This document shows, piece after piece, positions 59,597 through 64,000 of a stretch of 64,000 nt of DNA. The first letter of the stretch is position 1, and each line of letters begins with the position of its first letter. The DNA comes from Candidatus Magasanikiibacteriota bacterium (GTDB lineage: Bacteria > Patescibacteriota > Patescibacteriia > Magasanikbacterales > UBA922), in NCBI GenBank assembly GCA_016193335.1, contig JACPSK010000001.1, positions 175,926 to 239,925 of the forward strand, written 5' to 3'. Under the pieces are notes generated by a model that was not told the origin of the DNA, ran no database searches, and saw only the letters and a program-made list of their open reading frames with translations. The translations under genes were made by a program, and so were the position numbers.

Positions 59597-60157
59597 TTAT
59601 TGCTCTTTCTGAAGAATATTTTTGAGCACTTGCAAAGCTCTATGCAGAGTAACCCTCACATTTGTCCTGCTTTTTCCAAGTATGACGGCTATTTCAGAAC
59701 CACTCAAAGAGTCCATATATCGGAGAATTATTATCTCCTGATATTCACGCTTCATCTTTTTCAAGGCTTTCAGTATTTTTTCAGCCTCATAACGATCGTG
59801 AATCATTTCGTATTCTTTCGCGTCTGTTCCCTGTTCTTTCAAATCTTCGAGAGAACAAAGTTGTTCTCTTCCCTTTTTTCTATAAAAATCCACCAAAGTA
59901 GTTTTGGCTACTTTATATATAAAGCCGCTGAAACTTCTTACATCACTGTACTTTCCTTCGGCAAGATAATTCCAAGCTTTCAAAAAAATGTCACTGGTCA
60001 AGTCCTCTGCCTCGGAACGACTTGAAACCTTAAAAGAAATAAATCTATATATCCTCTCTATATACAGACTATAAAGCTCCCCGTAAGCCTCAGGATCACG
60101 GTCTTTCTTTATTTTGTAAAGAAGCTTTTTTTCTCTCAAGCTGTCTTTTACGTTCAT
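59597..60157 (-). CDS. ECF-type sigma-70 family RNA polymerase sigma factor
   Basis: Region 2 DLTSDIFLKAWNYL and region 4 HTH LSGSEIAVILGKSRTNVRVTLHRALQVLK. Length 186 aa. Confidence 0.8.
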   Translation of the reverse strand: MNVKDSLREKKLLYKIKKDRDPEAYGELYSLYIERIYRFISFKVSSRSEAEDLTSDIFLKAWNYLAEGKYSDVRSFSGFIYKVAKTTLVDFYRKKGREQLCSLEDLKEQGTDAKEYEMIHDRYEAEKILKALKKMKREYQEIIILRYMDSLSGSEIAVILGKSRTNVRVTLHRALQVLKNILQKEQ

Positions 60158-60619
60158 ATATGAAGACGTTGGAACTAAAAAAGTGTTACATCAGAACACC
60201 GAAAGCAGGGGCCCTAAATCTCTAAAAACATCAAGAACAAAACAAAATTCCTTTTCGGAATCTGCCGGACGATGTTTCAAGAAATTAAGAGAATACAGGC
60301 CAAACCCACTTGAATAGAAGTATAGCATATTTTATAGCTTGATTCCAGATTTTAAAGAAAATATGATTAGAAAAACAGCTGTCTAAGACATGGCCTATGC
60401 CCGTGGAAACATATCTATAAGCTTTCCATATATTGAACGCGAATACGCGAAAATTTATCTCCATTCAGGTTCACCGACAAGAGGCCTCATATCTTAGCCG
60501 ATAAAATGAAAAAATGCAAGTATCTGTACAGTATCTCTATTCTCAATAATAAAGCATTCCGCTTATTCTACCATTCTTAGTCAAAATTATCTCAAAAAAT
60601 TAAAGAATACTAAACATAT

Positions 60620-60910
60620 TTTTGTATAAAATAATGTATACAAAATTATATTAATATAGATCTTTTTGTATACATTATTGTACTAAATTAAAAATGTCGA
60701 ATAAACCTCCCCACTCCGAGAGTATTCATCAGTCATTCTTGTATTTAAGATATTTTGTAGTTAAGATAAAATATAATTTTGTATAGATTATTGTATACAA
60801 ATATTATTATATTTTTTCTTTCTTCAAAGCTAGCTACTAAATAAAATAAAAAAACTTGTATATTGACAAAAATACCTTTTTTTGTTAATATTATTGTATA
60901 CAAAATTACT
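60620..60910. promoter_or_regulatory. Array of TTGTATACAA palindromes and ATTATTGTATACAAAAT direct repeats in a 760-bp non-coding region
   Basis: Full palindromes lie at about 60646, 60668, 60796 and 60895. Half-sites TTGTATA lie at about 60622, 60778 and 60858. The array sits immediately upstream of the HTH_17 gene and is part of the region divergent from the sigma-factor operon. Confidence 0.5.
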
Positions 60911-60918
60911 GTTTATTT

Positions 60919-61251
60919 ATGCCTGAACAGAGTTTTTCCCAGCAAAAAGAGGTAATACGAGTATCGGTTTCCGAAGCGGCAAGGCTTTTTGGCGTAAATG
61001 CTCAGACCATTCGAAGAGCGATCAAAAATCAGGAAATCAATTATGTGGTGGTTGCCGATCGCTATAAAATAGATTTTGAAAGCTTGGTAAAATGGTCTCA
61101 AAAGAGAACAACCGTACGAAAAAAAACAAATATTCATGGGATCGGCCAATTTGTAGACAAATGGAAAATATCAAACACTCTTTATTCACCAAGCTCTAAA
61201 AGAATAAAAAAAACAGAAACCCCTGAGGAACAGAAAAAGACAGAAGAATAA
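60919..61251 (+). CDS. HTH_17 (excisionase/MerR-like) DNA-binding protein
   Basis: VSVSEAARLFGVNAQTIRRAIKNQEINYVVVADRYKIDFESLVKW fits the HTH_17 pattern. A basic C-terminal tail follows. Confidence 0.6.
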   Translation: MPEQSFSQQKEVIRVSVSEAARLFGVNAQTIRRAIKNQEINYVVVADRYKIDFESLVKWSQKRTTVRKKTNIHGIGQFVDKWKISNTLYSPSSKRIKKTETPEEQKKTEE

Positions 61252-61434
61252 AGCCTAAGCAAATTCCGCGCTACAACAAACACTGACAATCTCCGACAGA
61301 GCAGGATCCAAATTCTTAACAAAGCGCCAACAAACTCTAGAGACCGGATGAGCGCTCATTAATTAACAAGACAAAACACTGAAGATAACTAGATCTTCCT
61401 GTCTGTTTTAAAAGAGACAAAAAATGCAAAAGAT

Positions 61435-61466
61435 AAGGCCCGAATCCAAGGGCCTTCTTTTTTTCT
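61435..61466 (+). terminator. Intrinsic terminator after the HTH gene
   Basis: AAGGCCC-GAATCCAA-GGGCCTT followed by CTTTTTTTTC. Confidence 0.65.
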
Positions 61467-61692
61467 TGTTTTTTACCCCCTAAGAGGGATATAATAATCA
61501 CAGTCTGAAATCCTCACCATAAACGGTAATCAAGTCTTACAGATACATTCATACTCGCGACGCCAACTGCCAAAGCCCAACGGTTGGAGATAGCCAATTC
61601 GGGTGCCAGAATAATCGGGACTCTGTACTCAAATCTTCCAAAGACGTATTTCTAAAATATCCATAGATCTGCAAAACCGTATATCCGTACTT

Positions 61693-63561
61693 ATGGATTT
61701 TGTCACAAAACACCTCACGCGCCATCACTTCTTCCGCGCGCCGCATCGCTGGTTTTTTAGTTTGCTTTTGTCCCCCATTCACTTTGCCGAAATACATTAC
61801 CAAAAACGTTATCACCTCAAATACGCTCACGCAAAAAAATTATTCTTCTTTGATAGTGCGCTCCTCGGTACTGTGATCGTCCTTATAACATCAACTCTAT
61901 TTTGGCTGAGCTATGACCCAAGTGTAACGGCCCTCGTATACCTCAATATTTCTCAACAATTGAATGAGGAAGCGCAAAAAAATCCGGAACGAATCTCGAG
62001 CGGTTCATACACCACATATATCGTCTCATACGCGAATAAAAGCGATACAGAGCTGAGAAGTCCCGCCGTCAGCTTACAATTACCCGCAGGATTCATTCTG
62101 GATTCAGCCAAACCTTCTGAAAACTTTTCATCGTCTACCTTTACGTTTAACTTGCCCAGCTTAAAGCCCGGAGCCGAAGGAATTCTCTTCTTCAGTGGAT
62201 GGTTCTATGGCGCAGTGGACAAAGAAACAACGCTCAGCGCTCGCATTTCCTACACGCAAGCCGACAAAGAAGAGCTGGAGACAAAAGCAGTCCACATTCT
62301 CACTACTCTTAGAGGTTCAAGCATGGAGGCAACTATCAACGCGCCAAACTATATAGTATCCCAAGGCTCGCATAAACTCACTTTGAGCCTGCAAAACCGC
62401 GGAACTCATAACATTGAACTCACACGGGTACCGCTTATACTTCCAAGTGGACTTGAAATACGAAACACGACCAACACCATAGGGAACGTGGAAGATACAA
62501 TCTGGACTGTTAAAAATATGGATGCAAATCAGCAAGCCGATCTGGACCTGGATATTTCTTCAAACATAGCTCAGAACCTAAACGAACAAGAGCTTTCATT
62601 CACCCCGGAAATAATTATAGATAGTCATATATTTCCACAGACAAAAATTTCACATGTTTATACTACGGTTCATCCAAATCTTGAAACATCCGCTATCTGG
62701 AGCAAGGCAAACCTAAAGCCCGGAGAAACAGACTCATTAAAAATAAAATTAAAAAACAGCGGCGACACGGCCCTCAAAAATCTCACTTTCTCGGTTCTTT
62801 TATCTCCTGAACTTGTTGACTTAAGCATGCTTGCCAAAATTAATCATGGATTCTTGGAAAAATCTACATTCAACATAGATTCCGGATACAACGCGGGATT
62901 CAGTTCTCTCGAAGTTCAAGAAGAAATAGCAATAAACCTGGATATTCCTATACGCAAAACCCCTAAAGGCGGGACTGACCTCACCATGCGGCTTAAGCCT
63001 GTTTTGAACGCGGATATCAGCGCGAATGGATCTTCATATCGCTTTGAACGTTCATTCGAAACCCCATCAGCGCATATTGGAACCCTGCTTTCATTGGACG
63101 CGGAATCACGTTATTTTACCAATGAAGGAGACCAGCTGGGGCGCGGCCCCTTGCCGCCTCGAGTAGGAGAGCAAACCAAATATTGGGTCTTGATAAACAT
63201 TTCCAATACAAGCAGTCGGGTGCGAGATCTTTCGTTTTCAGCAAAGATTCCGGAATACATACAATGGACCGGCAGATCCAGTGTGAGCAAAGGAAACAAT
63301 CTGACATTCAACGATCAAAACCGTCTGGTGTCTTGGTCCGCCGCGTCTCTTGAACCGTATGAGACAGTAGGACTCTACATAGAGCTTGGTCTCACGCCCA
63401 CCCCAAGCCAAAAAGGAAGCTTTCCTATTCTGCTCAGCGATATCGAACTGAACGGAACAGACAACTACATATCTTCACCATTACAAAACTTTATTTCTTC
63501 TGTGGATTCTTCACTCAAGAACGATAAAAAAGCTCAAGGAAAAGGAGTCGCTGTGCGCTAA
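61693..63561 (+). CDS. Membrane-anchored extracytoplasmic protein with repeated beta-sandwich-like segments (surface protein, function unknown)
   Basis: One TM helix (LLGTVIVLITSTLFWL), then about 540 aa with recurrent ...L.L.L.N.G...+.L... segments suggesting Ig-like or CARDB/DUF11-type repeats. The start codon is uncertain. Confidence 0.45.
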   Translation: MDFVTKHLTRHHFFRAPHRWFFSLLLSPIHFAEIHYQKRYHLKYAHAKKLFFFDSALLGTVIVLITSTLFWLSYDPSVTALVYLNISQQLNEEAQKNPERISSGSYTTYIVSYANKSDTELRSPAVSLQLPAGFILDSAKPSENFSSSTFTFNLPSLKPGAEGILFFSGWFYGAVDKETTLSARISYTQADKEELETKAVHILTTLRGSSMEATINAPNYIVSQGSHKLTLSLQNRGTHNIELTRVPLILPSGLEIRNTTNTIGNVEDTIWTVKNMDANQQADLDLDISSNIAQNLNEQELSFTPEIIIDSHIFPQTKISHVYTTVHPNLETSAIWSKANLKPGETDSLKIKLKNSGDTALKNLTFSVLLSPELVDLSMLAKINHGFLEKSTFNIDSGYNAGFSSLEVQEEIAINLDIPIRKTPKGGTDLTMRLKPVLNADISANGSSYRFERSFETPSAHIGTLLSLDAESRYFTNEGDQLGRGPLPPRVGEQTKYWVLINISNTSSRVRDLSFSAKIPEYIQWTGRSSVSKGNNLTFNDQNRLVSWSAASLEPYETVGLYIELGLTPTPSQKGSFPILLSDIELNGTDNYISSPLQNFISSVDSSLKNDKKAQGKGVAVR

Positions 63562-63697
63562 AATTCGCGGGAGTATCTGGATTTTAATAAGCTCTCATTT
63601 CTTACAGCTCGCTTCTTTATCGAGATTAAAATTTAATTATACACGCTTTCTCTTACAAAAATGGCTTAAATAAGGCATTTTTTTATACTTTTTATTA

Positions 63698-63726
63698 TTG
63701 ACAAAAGGAGAATTTTGTGCTAGAGT
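63698..63726 (+). promoter_or_regulatory. Candidate sigma-70-type promoter TTGACA-17-TAGAGT
   Basis: TTGACA at 63698..63703, a 17-nt spacer, TAGAGT at 63721..63726 and an AT-rich upstream region. A second TATTGACAAAA element lies at 63806..63816. Confidence 0.35.
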
Positions 63727-63793
63727 GTTCTGTTCTATAGCGTATCTCTGCTATAGTACAAAAGGCTCTTTACAAGCGGTGAATATAATCCTA

Positions 63794-63847
63794 TCCGCCC
63801 TTCTTTTTATTGACAAAACTTATTTTGCCAGATGAAAAGAAGGGCGG
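63794..63847. other. 13-bp inverted repeat CCGCCCTTCTTTT / AAAAGAAGGGCGG enclosing a TTGACA element
   Basis: Perfect complementary arms separated by 28 nt, about 110 nt upstream of the partial ORF at 63954. Confidence 0.3.
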
Positions 63848-63953
63848 AAAAAACGCCTACATTTTCTAAGAAGGGAGGCCTCGCTGTTCCGGCGAAGCGC
63901 ACTCAACCAATTGGCATAGCAAGAGCAAGGGAGAAACCTAATAATGAGCGGCA

Positions 63954-64000
63954 AGATCATGAATTTTTTTGTGGCGACGGTGCTGGTGCTTTCGTCTTCC
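63954..64000 (+). CDS. N-terminus of a probable secreted or membrane protein, partial at the window end
   Basis: A GGGAG RBS 9 nt upstream of the ATG. MSGKIMNFFVATVLVLSSS looks like a signal peptide. Confidence 0.4.

Noticed and set aside
60158-60300. An ECF-type promoter (GGAAC...CGT) upstream of the sigma-factor operon.
   Set aside because: A GGAAC lies on the wrong strand relative to the operon. No convincing -35/-10 pair with correct spacing was found.
61549-61830. The 93-aa minus-strand ORF.
   Set aside because: It overlaps the start of the 622-aa plus-strand gene and the terminator region. It has no recognisable features and is likely spurious.

Overview
This 64-kb window is dominated by a ~47-kb, almost entirely minus-strand glycan-biosynthesis and glycosylation island, followed by a block of cell-surface protein genes and regulators.

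The glycan island (about 1..43800) contains:
- Nucleotide-sugar genes. A complete GDP-D-glycero-D-manno-heptose route is recognisable by motif (SIS isomerase gmhA, HAD phosphatase gmhB, GHMP kinase hddA, an HddC-like nucleotidyltransferase) next to a transaldolase/Fsa-family gene. There is also a Gmd-like 4,6-dehydratase, an RmlC-like cupin epimerase, a UDP-sugar dehydrogenase, a UDP-glucuronate decarboxylase (UXS), an AsnB-like amidotransferase, a partial carbamoyltransferase, two SAM methyltransferases and several SDR and Gfo/Idh/MocA oxidoreductases.
- At least 10 Leloir glycosyltransferases (GT2/GT4).
- Two paralogous, translationally coupled modules of sugar-1-P nucleotidyltransferase plus a DPM1/GtrB-like polyprenyl-phosphate GT2.
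- A UbiA-like prenyltransferase-family protein paired with a HAD hydrolase.
- At least six polytopic membrane proteins carrying ArnT/PMT-like GT-C motifs, plus a Wzy_C-like protein with C-terminal TPR.

An IS30-family transposase remnant sits inside the island. It is flanked by a C-terminal fragment of dTDP-glucose 4,6-dehydratase and an N-terminal zinc-ribbon fragment of a sugar C-methyltransferase. Together these look like a decayed deoxysugar operon.

Downstream (43900..64000) lie the surface-protein genes:
- A duplicated two-gene cassette of a small membrane-anchored protein plus a secreted protein with phage-tail-fibre-like repeats. One copy is frameshifted and full of 114-bp tandem repeats; the intact copy carries ~150-bp intragenic direct repeats.
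- A secreted protein with a poly-Gly and Pro/Ala/Glu-rich linker.
- A 1269-aa giant surface protein with a TTTDTTTTD Thr-rich linker, a candidate O-glycosylation target.
- An ECF sigma/anti-sigma pair.
- A 760-bp non-coding region containing an array of the perfect palindrome TTGTATACAA, immediately upstream of an HTH_17 (excisionase/MerR-like) gene.
- Two further membrane-anchored or secreted protein genes.

Several GC-rich hairpin terminators are visible. No rRNA, tRNA or CRISPR array was found. Tight gene packing, the large surface proteins and the gene content are compatible with an uncultivated bacterium, but taxonomy cannot be established from this window.
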